A stretch of DNA of 64,000 nucleotides, taken from NCBI GenBank assembly GCA_041697335.1, contig JBGUGD010000031.1:1-64000 (forward strand), given 5' to 3'. The notes below the pieces were generated by a model that searched no databases, was not told the DNA's origin, and saw only the letters and a list, made by a program, of their open reading frames with translations. The position numbers were made by a program, and so were the translations under genes. This document shows positions 10,103 through 20,593 of the stretch, one piece after another. Origin of the DNA: Vampirovibrionaceae bacterium NZW_1234 (GTDB taxonomy: Bacteria > Cyanobacteriota > Vampirovibrionia > Vampirovibrionales > JAGQHJ01). Every line of letters begins with the position of its first letter. Position 1 is the stretch's first letter.

Positions 10103-10352
10103 CGTGTTATAAGAAACACTTAAGCCATGCCCGTGATAAGCGGACCTTGGCAGCCTTCAATCCGGTAAAAAACCGCCTCGTCTTTTTTAGCGCTCTTGCC
10201 TCGCTGACCATAATCACTCCAAAGGCCCATTGCCACTGTTCCAGGTTCAGGGTATAAAAACGTAAGGCCTCTTTTGTCCATAACATCGGCCCGAATGATC
10301 TTGGACCGAGAGGCGTATAGCGTCCCAGAAACAGGCCAATGGACTCACGCCC

Positions 10353-11837
10353 ATGCACTCTATCGTCTCCCAGGAAACAAATCAGGCTGGCTGGCATTTT
10401 GATAACAGCTATCTTGCCCTGTCGGATTTCTTTTATGCCGAGGTTGAGCCGACGCCGGTGAAAGCACCGGCCATGACGGTTTTTAATGATGCCCTGGCCA
10501 CCGACCTGGGACTTCACGCGTCTGTGTTGGACAGCGATGCGGGCACGGCCATTTTTGCCGGGAATGTCCTGCCCGAAGGGGCACACCCCATTGCCCAAGC
10601 CTATGCGGGACATCAGTTCGGCGCCTTTACCATATTGGGCGACGGGCGCGCCATTTTGCTGGGAGAGCATCTGACACCCGACGGGGCTCGGGTGGATATC
10701 CAACTCAAAGGCTCTGGGCAAACCCCGTATTCCCGACGAGGCGACGGACGTGCCGCCCTGGGGCCGATGCTTCGGGAATATATTATCAGCGAAGCCATGT
10801 ATGCCTTAGGCATCCCCACCACCCGAAGCCTTGCGGTTGTAACAACCGGCGAGCCCGTCATCCGGGAATCGATTCTGGAAGGGGCGATTCTGACACGGGT
10901 GGCCTCCAGCCATATTCGGGTCGGCACCTTCGAGTATGTCGAGCTACAGGGTGAGCGGGATCACCTGGAGGCCCTTGCCGATTACACCATTAATCGGCAT
11001 TACCCGGAAGTCGCCGCTTCGGAAAACCGCTACCTGCAATTTTTTAGCGCTGTCATGGACAGACAAGCCGCCCTGATTTCCAAATGGATGCACGTCGGGT
11101 TTATCCACGGCGTGATGAATACCGATAACATGGCCTTGTCCGGCGAAACCATCGACTACGGGCCGTGTGCCTTTATGGACGCCTATAACCCGCATACCGT
11201 CTTCAGCTCCATCGACTACCGAGGTCGCTATGCTTTTGGCAACCAGCCGCATATCGCCCAGTGGAATCTGGCCCGATTCGCCGAAGCACTGCTGCCGCTG
11301 TTTTCCGACGTTCCCGAAACCGCCCTGGCGATGGCCAACGAGATGCTGGAAACGTTCCCGGAACGATTCCAACATTACTGGCAAGCCGGAATGCGGGCCA
11401 AGCTCGGCCTGTTTACCGAAGAACCCGAGGATCTGATCCTCATTGAAACGCTGCTGAAAACCATGCACGCGCACCAGGCGGATTACACCAATACCTTTCG
11501 TGCGCTGACCTGGGAGGCGCTTCCGGAAGAGCCCGTGTTTCAGGACAGTGCGTTTCAGCACTGGCACACCGACTGGCAAGCCCGACTCGACCGGCAACCG
11601 CAGTCCCGGGCCGAATCGGTGGCTTTGATGAAAGCCCACAGCCCGGCCGTGATCCCGCGTAACCACCGTGTGGAAGAGGCCCTGAGCGCCGCCGAGCAGG
11701 AAGGCGATCTTTCGGTGATGGAGAGGCTTTTAACGGTGCTCGCCAAACCCTATGACGATTTGTTACCCGAATACCGGCATTACGCTTCTCCACCCGCCTT
11801 GGATGCCCCTCCCTACAGAACCTTCTGCGGCACATAG
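10353..11837 (+). CDS. selO: Protein adenylyltransferase SelO/YdiU
   Basis: [46 protein letters not shown]-terminal YRTFCGT. Confidence 0.95.
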   Translation: MHSIVSQETNQAGWHFDNSYLALSDFFYAEVEPTPVKAPAMTVFNDALATDLGLHASVLDSDAGTAIFAGNVLPEGAHPIAQAYAGHQFGAFTILGDGRAILLGEHLTPDGARVDIQLKGSGQTPYSRRGDGRAALGPMLREYIISEAMYALGIPTTRSLAVVTTGEPVIRESILEGAILTRVASSHIRVGTFEYVELQGERDHLEALADYTINRHYPEVAASENRYLQFFSAVMDRQAALISKWMHVGFIHGVMNTDNMALSGETIDYGPCAFMDAYNPHTVFSSIDYRGRYAFGNQPHIAQWNLARFAEALLPLFSDVPETALAMANEMLETFPERFQHYWQAGMRAKLGLFTEEPEDLILIETLLKTMHAHQADYTNTFRALTWEALPEEPVFQDSAFQHWHTDWQARLDRQPQSRAESVALMKAHSPAVIPRNHRVEEALSAAEQEGDLSVMERLLTVLAKPYDDLLPEYRHYASPPALDAPPYRTFCGT

Positions 11838-11917
11838 GCCTTTCCATTAACAGGCTCCACCATCGGGATCTCTATCTATGCTTAAATGGGAGTAGCATAT
11901 GCGAGTGGATTTTCGGA

Positions 11918-12553
11918 GTGACCCCCGTGGCCAAATCGGAACTGAAACCCTGGGCACTGGCAGGCATTATTGTCGGCTCATTTATCCTGATTCCGTCGAT
12001 CCTGCTGGCGGTACTCATGCTGAAAACCCAGTACCTGGAGCTGCGCAAAGTCGTATCCGCCTCCATGGAACCAGCGCTTCACCCCGGGGACTATCTCTAC
12101 ATCGATAAAGCGGGCGCTGGCCTGAAGCCCTGGCGACGCGGTGATATTGTCATTTTTTATCCTCCCCACCCCAACTCGGTTGTAAAGACCGATGCCCTCA
12201 GCACAATCATCCGCAAAACGGGGCTCTCCCATCTGATTTACCGCACCGGAACAGCCCGGGACAAGGTTTACATCAGCCGAGTGATCGGCCTACCCGGTGA
12301 AACCATCCATGTCGTTCCCAGGCAAGGCGTCTTTATCAATGGCAAGGCGCTGGAAGAACCTTACATTACCGAACCCGGAACTGTCTGTACGCAGTACCAT
12401 CGATGCGAGGCCCTCCGGCTGCCGAAAAATGCCTATTTTCTGATGGGCGATAATCGCAATCATAGCCTGGATAGCCGTTATTTTGGCCTTGTTCCGGGTG
12501 ATCGGATTTATGGCCGCGTCGTCAAGCTGATAGAGCGGCGTCGCCCTTCCTGA
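11918..12553 (+). CDS. Signal peptidase I (S26) paralogue with atypical Lys box
   Basis: N-terminal TM, S.SMEPAL, RGDIVIF, GDNRNHSLDSRYFG; the usual YIKRVIGLPG reads YISRVIGLPG. Confidence 0.85.
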   Translation: MTPVAKSELKPWALAGIIVGSFILIPSILLAVLMLKTQYLELRKVVSASMEPALHPGDYLYIDKAGAGLKPWRRGDIVIFYPPHPNSVVKTDALSTIIRKTGLSHLIYRTGTARDKVYISRVIGLPGETIHVVPRQGVFINGKALEEPYITEPGTVCTQYHRCEALRLPKNAYFLMGDNRNHSLDSRYFGLVPGDRIYGRVVKLIERRRPS

Positions 12554-12588
12554 GGCCCTCCGACCCGGCGTTCCTCCAAATAGGTTGG

Positions 12589-13317
12589 CTAATGCTTCTC
12601 CCCCGAAAAGCGCTCCCAGGGAATATCGGCACGGTTCCGGCGTTTTTCGGTGGTGTCGGTTTTAAAGCGGGCATCCCGATGGGTGATGAAGGCCGGATCC
12701 AGTTGTCCATCCCGGGTGAAGCCCTGCATCAACATGGGTTTTCCCGTCGGCAAGGCCTGGCGGCGGGTATCCCAAATGTGCCAGGTTTTGCCGTGGGTCG
12801 TGTACAGCGTCTCCATCAGCTCATGCTCGGCCACCCGGGGCAAGCCCGGCGCAATAAGCTGTCCGGAACCCACCTCGTAATAATGCGGATGCCATGAGGC
12901 CTTCTCCGACGGGGACAAAGTTTGAAACAAGGCGTCGCTAATCACGTACTCCACCCCGATCAAGGCCGCCTGGCGATTGTTGCCATCGTACAGGGCACAC
13001 TGGGTGACCTCCTCATTGAGCTTGGCACAATAATGATGGGCCTCCATCTGGTCCTTGGGGTTTCCGGCGGCATAGTGAAACCCGTTGAGATAGATCTGCA
13101 ACTGTTCAATTGGTGTCGTATCCTGCAAGATACGTGATCCCGCTTCTAGAACCCGGGTCTTGCCGGTTTTGTCGCTTCCAGACACAGGGCCCTGGGGAGG
13201 CGAGTTCTTCCCACCGCACCCGGCCAAAAGCAAACCCAACACCATCAGACCCACACCCAGTCCATGCCGCTGTTTCAACTGACACCTGCCTTTGCTTTGC
13301 CCATAGGCCCATCTCAC
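12589..13317 (-). CDS. DUF1264/OBAP family lipoprotein
   Basis: LLAGC lipobox; YLNGFH, MEAHHYC, LIGVEYVIS, WHPH.YEV.SG, GKTWH. The true start may lie slightly downstream. Confidence 0.85.
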   Translation of the reverse strand: MRWAYGQSKGRCQLKQRHGLGVGLMVLGLLLAGCGGKNSPPQGPVSGSDKTGKTRVLEAGSRILQDTTPIEQLQIYLNGFHYAAGNPKDQMEAHHYCAKLNEEVTQCALYDGNNRQAALIGVEYVISDALFQTLSPSEKASWHPHYYEVGSGQLIAPGLPRVAEHELMETLYTTHGKTWHIWDTRRQALPTGKPMLMQGFTRDGQLDPAFITHRDARFKTDTTEKRRNRADIPWERFSGEKH

Positions 13318-13508
13318 ATGGGCATGGTTTTATCACCACAAGCCCTCCAAAGCTCTCCCACACCTGACCCATTCATCCTGAAAGCCCCTACCCACGGACT
13401 TCAGATTGCGATAACCCGCATCCGAACAGGAGCTGGGGCTCAAAAACACCTCCCCACGAACTCAAGTATAATAGATGAAGATGCGAGCTGATACAGGTAA
13501 TACTGGAT

Positions 13509-14522
13509 TTGAATAGCGCTTCACCTTCAAACAGGCCGAATACGCATACTTATAAAGAGATTGCAACGCTACTACAAGAGAATAGCAGGCCCCACCTTGA
13601 TTTCTATGTACTCATGGCGCTGGCTTCCATCATTGCCACATTCGGGCTTCTGCTGAACAGCACCGCCGTCATTATTGGCGCCATGATCATCTCCCCCCTG
13701 ATGGACCCCATCCTGGGCGTGTCCTTTGCCAGCCTGGTTCGTAACCGGACCCTGACGACGCACTCCACAATCACATTGATCACCGGTATTGCCTTGACAC
13801 TGGGACTCAGCTTCCTGATTGGGCAAGTCTTCGGCTCTGTAGGCACCACCTCCGAAATGCTGTCCCGGACGAAACCCAACATCATGGACTTGGCTGTCGC
13901 CTTGGCTGCCGGGTTTTTAGGCGCCTACGTCAAAGTGCGCTCATCCGTTTCCGGCACCGTATATGGCGCCGCCATTGCCATTGCCCTGACCCCTCCGTTG
14001 TGTGTCGTCGGCCTTGGATTGGCCCTCAATAATCAACCGCTTTACCTGGGGTCCACGCTGTTGTTTTTAACCAACCTGGCCAGCATCCTGTTTAGCAGTC
14101 TTCTGGCCTTTATCTGGATTGACGTCCCCCGGCATCGAGTTGCGCTCAAGTCCTTTATCATCCCGGCCACAGCCGTGATTCTGCTTGCCATCCCCCTGGT
14201 GTTCAGCTTCCATACCTTGATTGAAGAAAAGAAGCTCAGTCGGGAACTTCACTCGCTTTTGAAATCCAAGACCCACACTTTTGAGAAGCTGGAGATCGTG
14301 AGCACCGATATCGACCTCTTCCAAAAACCCATCCGGATTTCTGTGACCGTCCGCGCTAAGCCCACAGACATCTCGCCTCATCAAGTGAACCAGGTCCGGG
14401 ACTATCTACAAAGCCGGATGGAGAAAGACGTTGAACTCATCGTCAACCTGACCCCCATTCTCCAGATCAGAAGTGAGGAGACACCAGAGCCACCCCAATC
14501 CGGAAAGGCGGAATCGCAATGA
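13509..14522 (+). CDS. DUF389 membrane protein
   Basis: IATFGLLLNS.AVIIGAMIISPLM.PI, RT.PN..DL.VA, G.AIAIAL.PPL. Confidence 0.88.
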   Translation: MNSASPSNRPNTHTYKEIATLLQENSRPHLDFYVLMALASIIATFGLLLNSTAVIIGAMIISPLMDPILGVSFASLVRNRTLTTHSTITLITGIALTLGLSFLIGQVFGSVGTTSEMLSRTKPNIMDLAVALAAGFLGAYVKVRSSVSGTVYGAAIAIALTPPLCVVGLGLALNNQPLYLGSTLLFLTNLASILFSSLLAFIWIDVPRHRVALKSFIIPATAVILLAIPLVFSFHTLIEEKKLSRELHSLLKSKTHTFEKLEIVSTDIDLFQKPIRISVTVRAKPTDISPHQVNQVRDYLQSRMEKDVELIVNLTPILQIRSEETPEPPQSGKAESQ

Positions 14523-15862
14523 ACCTACCCAAGAAAGCCGTCAAGTTCTTATCCCCCCTGCACCGATTTCTGCAACATGAAGCCACCAGCGGAATATTGC
14601 TGATGGGCTGCATCGTGGTGGCCATGTCGCTGGCGAATTCGCCCTATGCCCATGAGTATGAGGAGTTCTGGCACTTGCCCATTACGCTGGGCCTGGGACC
14701 CTATGTCGTCTCCTACCCATTGCATTTCTGGATTAACGATGCCCTCATCAGCCTGTTCTTCGTGGTTGTCGGGTTGGAAATCAAGCGAGAAATCCTGACC
14801 GGCGAACTGTCGTCGATGAAGAAAGCGTCCATGCCCATTGTGGCGGCCTTGGGCGGGATGATCTTTCCGGCTATCATCTATAGCCTCTTCAACTGGCCGG
14901 GTACGCCTACCAGCTCCGGGTGGGGTATTCCCATTGCAACCGATATCGCTTTTGCCATTGGCGTCCTGATGCTTTTTGGCGACCGGGTGCCCCTGTCACT
15001 CAAGGTGTTCCTGCTGGCCCTGGCCATTGTGGACGACATCGGGGCCATTCTGGTGATTGTCCTGTTCTACTCCAAAGGGGTGTCGTGGCTCGGTGTGGCC
15101 GCAGCTGGCGTCATCACGGCAAGCCTGATTCTTATCAACCGGCTGCGCGTCTACTCGACGATGCCCTATTGCATCCTTGGGGTTCTGTTGTGGATTGCCA
15201 TTTTGAACTCGGGGATCCACGCAACCATCTCCGGTGTCATTCTAGCGTTTACGGTGCCAGCGAGCGTGTCCTTTGGGACAAGCGGTTTTTTAGCCCACAG
15301 TCCCCTGGCTCGTTTCTTTAAAGCCCGCAAGCTACCGGCCATTCGTCTGCTGGGAGACAAGCTCTACAAAACCGGAACGCAGACCCTGGAGAAACAGAGC
15401 AAGGAATCGCTCGCCCCCTTGCAGCGCATGGAACACACCCTGCATCCGTGGGTCACCTATGCCATCCTGCCGTTGTTCGCCTTAGCCAATGCCGGTGTAT
15501 CTTTGGCCGGAAGTACCATGGCCCTATGGCTGAACACCGTTACCTTTGGGGTGACCGCAGGACTGCTCATCGGCAAGCCCCTGGGCATTACCTTTGCTGT
15601 CTGGATGGCCCAACGGCTGAAATGGATCGTCTTGCCCGAAGGGGTGACGTTGACGCATATTGCGTCCGTGGGCTTTTTGGGGGGCATCGGCTTTACCATG
15701 TCGCTCTTTATTGCCGATCTGTCCTTTCATTCGCCCGTTCTGCTGAAAGAAGCCAAAATGGGCATTATTCTGGCCTCGTTGTTAGCCGGGCTTTTCGGGG
15801 GCCTTCTGCTCAGCCGGCTTCTGGAAAAGACAGCCTCACCTGACTTGGATCACGTCTCCTGA
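14519..15862 (+). CDS. nhaA: Na+/H+ antiporter NhaA
   Basis: WINDAL, GLEIKRE, GWGIPIATDIAF, LAIVDDIGAI, SGIHATISG, GIGFTMSLFI; ATGA overlap with DUF389. Confidence 0.95.
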   Translation: MNLPKKAVKFLSPLHRFLQHEATSGILLMGCIVVAMSLANSPYAHEYEEFWHLPITLGLGPYVVSYPLHFWINDALISLFFVVVGLEIKREILTGELSSMKKASMPIVAALGGMIFPAIIYSLFNWPGTPTSSGWGIPIATDIAFAIGVLMLFGDRVPLSLKVFLLALAIVDDIGAILVIVLFYSKGVSWLGVAAAGVITASLILINRLRVYSTMPYCILGVLLWIAILNSGIHATISGVILAFTVPASVSFGTSGFLAHSPLARFFKARKLPAIRLLGDKLYKTGTQTLEKQSKESLAPLQRMEHTLHPWVTYAILPLFALANAGVSLAGSTMALWLNTVTFGVTAGLLIGKPLGITFAVWMAQRLKWIVLPEGVTLTHIASVGFLGGIGFTMSLFIADLSFHSPVLLKEAKMGIILASLLAGLFGGLLLSRLLEKTASPDLDHVS

Positions 15863-16016
15863 ATCCTGTTTTGGCAGTTCTGGAGAGAGAGGCCCGACCA
15901 CGGCGCGAGGTTAAGAATTCTAACGCATGGTTTTGCAACGGACCTGTCGACGTTGTGTTCATGGTTTAATCGTGAAGCGAATCACATGTTGAACGCTAGA
16001 TGAAAGGGAGAAAACG

Positions 16017-16316
16017 ATGCGTGTATCTGGACAGGTGTGCTTTGGGGCTGTAATGAAGAAGACCTTCAAGCGGCCGTCGGGCTTGTGGGAGAGTGGGGAT
16101 GAATTCGACAGAATCAAGAAGCAGAAAGCGGCCTTGAAAAAGACCTACAATGGGCCTGATGATGTGGTGCTCCTCAAGACAGAGTCCGAGCTTGAAGACC
16201 AAAAGAAGCTGCCTTGGGCGATTTATGTTCTGACCGGGGACGATGGGGCCAAGTACCGCCAAGCAATTAAGACAGTGAAAGCCCTGTTGGGCACAGCCAC
16301 AGAGGGCAGCCTTTAA
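16017..16316 (+). CDS. Hypothetical protein with CFG-type leader (MRVSGQVCFG)
   Basis: 99 aa ORF with AAGGGAG RBS. Confidence 0.65.
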   Translation: MRVSGQVCFGAVMKKTFKRPSGLWESGDEFDRIKKQKAALKKTYNGPDDVVLLKTESELEDQKKLPWAIYVLTGDDGAKYRQAIKTVKALLGTATEGSL

Positions 16317-16379
16317 GCCGGGTTTATCCCGAATACCCTAGGGCAACTCGGTCACGGGCTTCCAGAGACTAAAATCCGC

Positions 16380-17171
16380 TTAGTACGTGGATCGGCGCTT
16401 ACCGCCGTCGACCAGGTGGGTTGAGCCGGTGATGTAGGCGGCTTGCTGGGAGCAAAGAAAGGCCACCAGAGCACCGCATTCGTCGGGTTGCCCCAGGCGA
16501 CCGGCAGGAATGGTGCGCAGGTACTCTTGCATGTAGGCTTCACGGGTGCCGCCTTTTTGCTGGATCTGGTGCTGGATTCGGGACTCGGTGCGATCCGTGT
16601 GGATGACGCCGGGGGCGACGCAGTTGACGGTGATCTGGTGCGGGGCAATCTCGTCGGCCAGGGTTTTTAGCATACCCGTGACGGCGGCACGAACGCTGTT
16701 GGAGATGGCGAGATTCGCAATGGGTTCCACCACGCTGATGGACGTGATGGCCACGATACGGCCCCATTGCTGCTGCTTCATCCCCGGCAGAAAGGCCTGG
16801 TTGAGGTGGACCATGCTCAGGAAACCATCCTGAAACCCGGTCAGCCAGTCGTCCATGGTGGTTTCTTCCACACGGGTGGGTTTAGGGCCGCCGGAGTTGT
16901 GAACCAGGATGTCCAGGCCGCCATAGGCAGCGTTCACCTTCTCAATCAAGGCGTCCCGCTGAGCGGGGTCCGAGAGATCACAGGGCATCCAATGGACCTG
17001 GACGTTGGCTTGGGTGCGGATGTCCTCGGCGACGTTTTTTAGCGTATCGCCGTTTCTTGCACACAGAAACAGGTCGACCCCTTCCTGGGCCAGGGCCTGC
17101 GCCGAGGCCAACCCAAGACCTTTGGAGGCGCCGCAGACGAGGGCTCGTTTGCCGTGAATGTGGAAATCCAT
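16380..17171 (-). CDS. SDR family oxidoreductase (last gene of the kynurenine operon)
   Basis: CGASKGLG, DILVHNSGGP, SNSVRAA, NCVAPG, YITGS..LVDGG. Confidence 0.9.
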   Translation of the reverse strand: MDFHIHGKRALVCGASKGLGLASAQALAQEGVDLFLCARNGDTLKNVAEDIRTQANVQVHWMPCDLSDPAQRDALIEKVNAAYGGLDILVHNSGGPKPTRVEETTMDDWLTGFQDGFLSMVHLNQAFLPGMKQQQWGRIVAITSISVVEPIANLAISNSVRAAVTGMLKTLADEIAPHQITVNCVAPGVIHTDRTESRIQHQIQQKGGTREAYMQEYLRTIPAGRLGQPDECGALVAFLCSQQAAYITGSTHLVDGGKRRSTY

Positions 17172-17180
17172 AATGACCTC

Positions 17181-18674
17181 TTAGGATGAATAGTAACGAT
17201 AGGAGACTGTTTTGGCTTCCGAGAAGAAGTCCAGGCTGTAGCGCCCGCCTTCCCGGCCCAGGCCGCTCAGCTTCTGGCCACCGAAGGGCGTGCGCAGATC
17301 CCGGGCAAACCAGCAGTTCACCCAGATCATCCCGGCCTGGATGCCTTTGGAGACGCGATGGCAGCGATCGACGTTTTTGCTCCAGAGGCTGGCCGACAGG
17401 CCGTAGGGGGTGCTGTTGACCATGCGCACCACGTCGTCTTCCGTGTCAAAGGGAATCACCGGGAGGACGGGGCCGAAGATCTCTTCGGTGTGGAGGCGGG
17501 AGTCCAGGGGCAGATGGGCATAGACCGTCGGCTCAATGAAATAGCCGCTCCCAAGCGCAGCCAGCCGTTTGCCGCCGGTCAGGCATCGGCCTTCGGCGTT
17601 GCCGATGGCGAGGTAGGACTCGACTTTTTGACAGTGTTCCCGGCTGATGAGGGCCCCCATCTGGGTCTGAGGGTCCAGGGGGTCCCCCACCCGGATGTTC
17701 TGAACGTGGGCCACGACCCGCTCCAGCACGGTATCCAGCTGGCTTTTGTGGACAAACAGCCGGGACCCGGCCAGGCAGATTTCGCCCTGGTTTCGGTAGG
17801 CCGCCCTGATGGCGGTGGGGATGGCTTCATCCAGGTCGGCGTCGTCAAACAGGATCGTCGCACCCTTGCCGCCCAGCTCGAAGGAGACTTTCTTCAAGGT
17901 GCCTGACGCAGCGGCCATAATGGCTTTGCCTGTCGAGGTCTCCCCGGTAAAGGAGACGGCTTTGACATCGGGGTGACGGGTCAGGGCTTCTCCGGCACTG
18001 TTGGCGCCAAAGCCATGGACTACGTTAAAGACACCCGGCGGCAGTCCGGCCTCCTGCATGAGTTCACCCAGGACCGTGGCCGTGTAGGGTGTCCATTCGG
18101 CGGGCTTGAGGACACAGGTATTGCCCATGGCCAGACACGGAGCGATCTTCCAGGTGGCCAGGTACAGGGGCAGGTTCCAGGGCGTAATCAGGCCGACCAC
18201 CCCCATAGGCTCACGGACGGCAAAATGGCGCTCGTCGGGGCTGACGGTGTAGCACTCCTCACCCAGCGAAGAGGCAAAGTCGGCAAAGAAGTGGAAGTTT
18301 CGGGCCGAGCGGGGGATGTCCCCTTCCAGGGATTCCGTGATGGGCTTGCCCGAGTCCAGGGTCTCGGCCTGTGCCAGGCGCGCCTGATTGGCGAGAATCA
18401 GATCGCCAACACGCCGAAGAATGGCGCAGCGCTCGGCAATGGGCATCCGGGGCCAGGGGCCTTCGTCAAAGGCGCGTTTGGCAGCTGCGACGGCCATGTC
18501 GATTTCCAACGAGCCGCCTCGGGCCACATGGGCCAGGACCTGACCGGTGGCGGGGTTAATATCCTCGAAGGTCTCGCCCGAGGCCGACGGGCGGAATTCG
18601 CCATCGATAAAATGGTTAAAGGTCAGCACAGTGCCTTGGGTGGGGGTTTCCAGTTGGGATAAGAGCGTGGACAC
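17181..18674 (-). CDS. 2-aminomuconate/2-hydroxymuconate 6-semialdehyde dehydrogenase
   Basis: ALDH motifs ITPWNLPL, FTGETSTG, FELGGK, NQGEICLAGSR, EEIFGPV, RDLRTPFGG; GTG start after AGGAGG; operon context. Confidence 0.88.
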   Translation of the reverse strand: MSTLLSQLETPTQGTVLTFNHFIDGEFRPSASGETFEDINPATGQVLAHVARGGSLEIDMAVAAAKRAFDEGPWPRMPIAERCAILRRVGDLILANQARLAQAETLDSGKPITESLEGDIPRSARNFHFFADFASSLGEECYTVSPDERHFAVREPMGVVGLITPWNLPLYLATWKIAPCLAMGNTCVLKPAEWTPYTATVLGELMQEAGLPPGVFNVVHGFGANSAGEALTRHPDVKAVSFTGETSTGKAIMAAASGTLKKVSFELGGKGATILFDDADLDEAIPTAIRAAYRNQGEICLAGSRLFVHKSQLDTVLERVVAHVQNIRVGDPLDPQTQMGALISREHCQKVESYLAIGNAEGRCLTGGKRLAALGSGYFIEPTVYAHLPLDSRLHTEEIFGPVLPVIPFDTEDDVVRMVNSTPYGLSASLWSKNVDRCHRVSKGIQAGMIWVNCWFARDLRTPFGGQKLSGLGREGGRYSLDFFSEAKTVSYRYYSS

Positions 18675-18684
18675 AGACAACCTC

Positions 18685-19149
18685 CTATACGCTGGGGGCC
18701 GGTGTGGGGCACAGGGCCACCACCCGCATTTCGATAAAGTTGTATCCGGGCGGCGGGGCCTGAATCGTCGTTCGGGCCGGGGCCCCCTCAAAGGTGAAAT
18801 ACTGGGCATAGACCTGGTTGTAGGCATGGAAGTCCTTCATGTCGGTGAGGTAGACGTTGACCTCGATGACATCGCGCAAGGTGCATCCGGCGGCGGCCAA
18901 TACGGTCTGGATGTTGCGGATGACGGCATGGGTCTGCACGGCGATATCATAGGAGGCAACCGTGCCGTCGGGGTTGACGACGACACCCGCTTCTTTCCCG
19001 GTCTCGGGGTCACGGGCGCCCTGGCCGGAAAGGAAAAGAAGAGGTCCTGCCTTGACGGCATGGGAATAGGCGCCTAAGGCGCTGGGCGCCTTGCCGGGGA
19101 CGTTAATCGCCACTCGTTCGACGGGGGCTGAGGGTGTCATCTGGGTCAT
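18685..19149 (-). CDS. RidA family protein, probable 2-aminomuconate deaminase
   Basis: GAYSHAVKAG.LLFLSGQG, NVYLTDMKDF, PARTT; operon context. Confidence 0.85.
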   Translation of the reverse strand: MTQMTPSAPVERVAINVPGKAPSALGAYSHAVKAGPLLFLSGQGARDPETGKEAGVVVNPDGTVASYDIAVQTHAVIRNIQTVLAAAGCTLRDVIEVNVYLTDMKDFHAYNQVYAQYFTFEGAPARTTIQAPPPGYNFIEMRVVALCPTPAPSV

Positions 19150-19210
19150 CACGGTATCCTTCTGGTTGGGCGGGTTCGGGAAGTCTGTTGTATCATCGCG
19201 GGGGCAGGGC

Positions 19211-20593
19211 CTAAACGGACATCGCCGACTGGGCTTCGGGGACGTCATTGAGCCTGGCCAGCAGGGATTCGGCAAGGGTCCAATCCACCTGATCCGGCGC
19301 CGAAATACCCTGGCACAGCGTTTCCAGGATCTCGTCCTGGATGGCTCCCCAGTGCTTGGCCTGGGCATAGGAAATGTCGGGGCGGAAGACCACCATGGAG
19401 TAGCGGGGGATGAAACGCTCGGGCCAGCGTTTTTCCAGCTCGAAGCCCACCTGCTTTTTGAGCAGGAAATGCGGATCGGTGACGCTGTCGCGCATCTCGA
19501 CGAAGTTTTCGACGGCCATATCGGCAATGGCATCGGCGTTGGGTTTTCGGGCCTGAGTGAACTGCTTGAAGACCGAGGCCCAGTCCGGCGATTCGGAGGT
19601 AATCAGGCTGTTCAAGACCGAGCAGTCCTCAAAGCCGCTGTTCATGCCCTGGGCAAAAAACGGCACGATGGCGTGGGCGGCATCCCCGATTAACAGTGCC
19701 CTGCCATCGGCATGCCAGGGATAACACTTGATGGTGACCAGCGCCCCGGTGGGGTTATGGAAGAAATCCTCCAGTAGCGTCGGCATCAAGGGAACGGCAT
19801 CGGGAAACTGGGCATTGAAGAACGTAGACACGGTCTCCGGCGTCGTGAGGTTGGCGAAACTCTCCCGGCCCTCGTAGGGATAGAACAGAGTGACGGTAAA
19901 GCTGCCCTCGGTGTTGGGCAGGGCAATCATCATATAGTGCTTATGAGGCCAGATATGCAGTGCATGAGGTTCCATGCGGTAGTCACCGCTCTCGGTGGGG
20001 GGAATATAGAGCTCTTTGTAGCCGTACTCCAGGAAGCTCTGGGCGTAGTTGAAGTTCTCCACCCGATCGAGCATCGCCCGCCGGATGGCAGACCACGCCC
20101 CATCGGCACCCAAGACCACCTCGGCCTGCACAGTCCGGGTGTGACCGGTGTGCTCTGTTTCCATGGTCAGGCAATGGTTGTCCAGGTCGTAGTGGATGCA
20201 GCGCTGGTTAAACTCGATGGTGACATTGGGATGGGCTTCGGCGGCATCAAGGAGCATCATGTTGAGCATGCCGCGGGAGGCCGCATAAATGACCTCGTTT
20301 TCCTTCTGGCTGTAGGGTTGCAGCTCGGTTTCGCCATTGAGGTGGTGGACCATCCGGCCCTTCATCGGAATCGAGATGGTGGAGACTTGCGGTTTGAGAC
20401 CCACTTCTTCCAGGGCCTTCCAGCCCCGCCCGGTGATGGCCAGGTTGATGGAGCGACCGGCAGCGATGGTGGTTTTTCGCATATCCGGGCGCCGCTCGAA
20501 GAGATGGACCCGAAAGCCTTTCTTGGCGAGATAAATGGCCATGAGCGGCCCGACCAGGCCAGAGCCGACAATATGGACCGTGGATGCACTCAT
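19211..20593 (-). CDS. kmo: Kynurenine 3-monooxygenase
   Basis: GSGLVG, ERRPD, GRSINLA, GADGAWS, GYKEL.IPP, LHIWP, MMIALPN, GDAAHAIVPF.AQGMN.GFED, NFVEMRD. Confidence 0.93.
   Translation of the reverse strand: MSASTVHIVGSGLVGPLMAIYLAKKGFRVHLFERRPDMRKTTIAAGRSINLAITGRGWKALEEVGLKPQVSTISIPMKGRMVHHLNGETELQPYSQKENEVIYAASRGMLNMMLLDAAEAHPNVTIEFNQRCIHYDLDNHCLTMETEHTGHTRTVQAEVVLGADGAWSAIRRAMLDRVENFNYAQSFLEYGYKELYIPPTESGDYRMEPHALHIWPHKHYMMIALPNTEGSFTVTLFYPYEGRESFANLTTPETVSTFFNAQFPDAVPLMPTLLEDFFHNPTGALVTIKCYPWHADGRALLIGDAAHAIVPFFAQGMNSGFEDCSVLNSLITSESPDWASVFKQFTQARKPNADAIADMAVENFVEMRDSVTDPHFLLKKQVGFELEKRWPERFIPRYSMVVFRPDISYAQAKHWGAIQDEILETLCQGISAPDQVDWTLAESLLARLNDVPEAQSAMSV

Noticed and set aside
10353..11837. 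Selenocysteine read-through in SelO
   Set aside because: The C-terminus is CGT followed by TAG, with no in-frame TGA.
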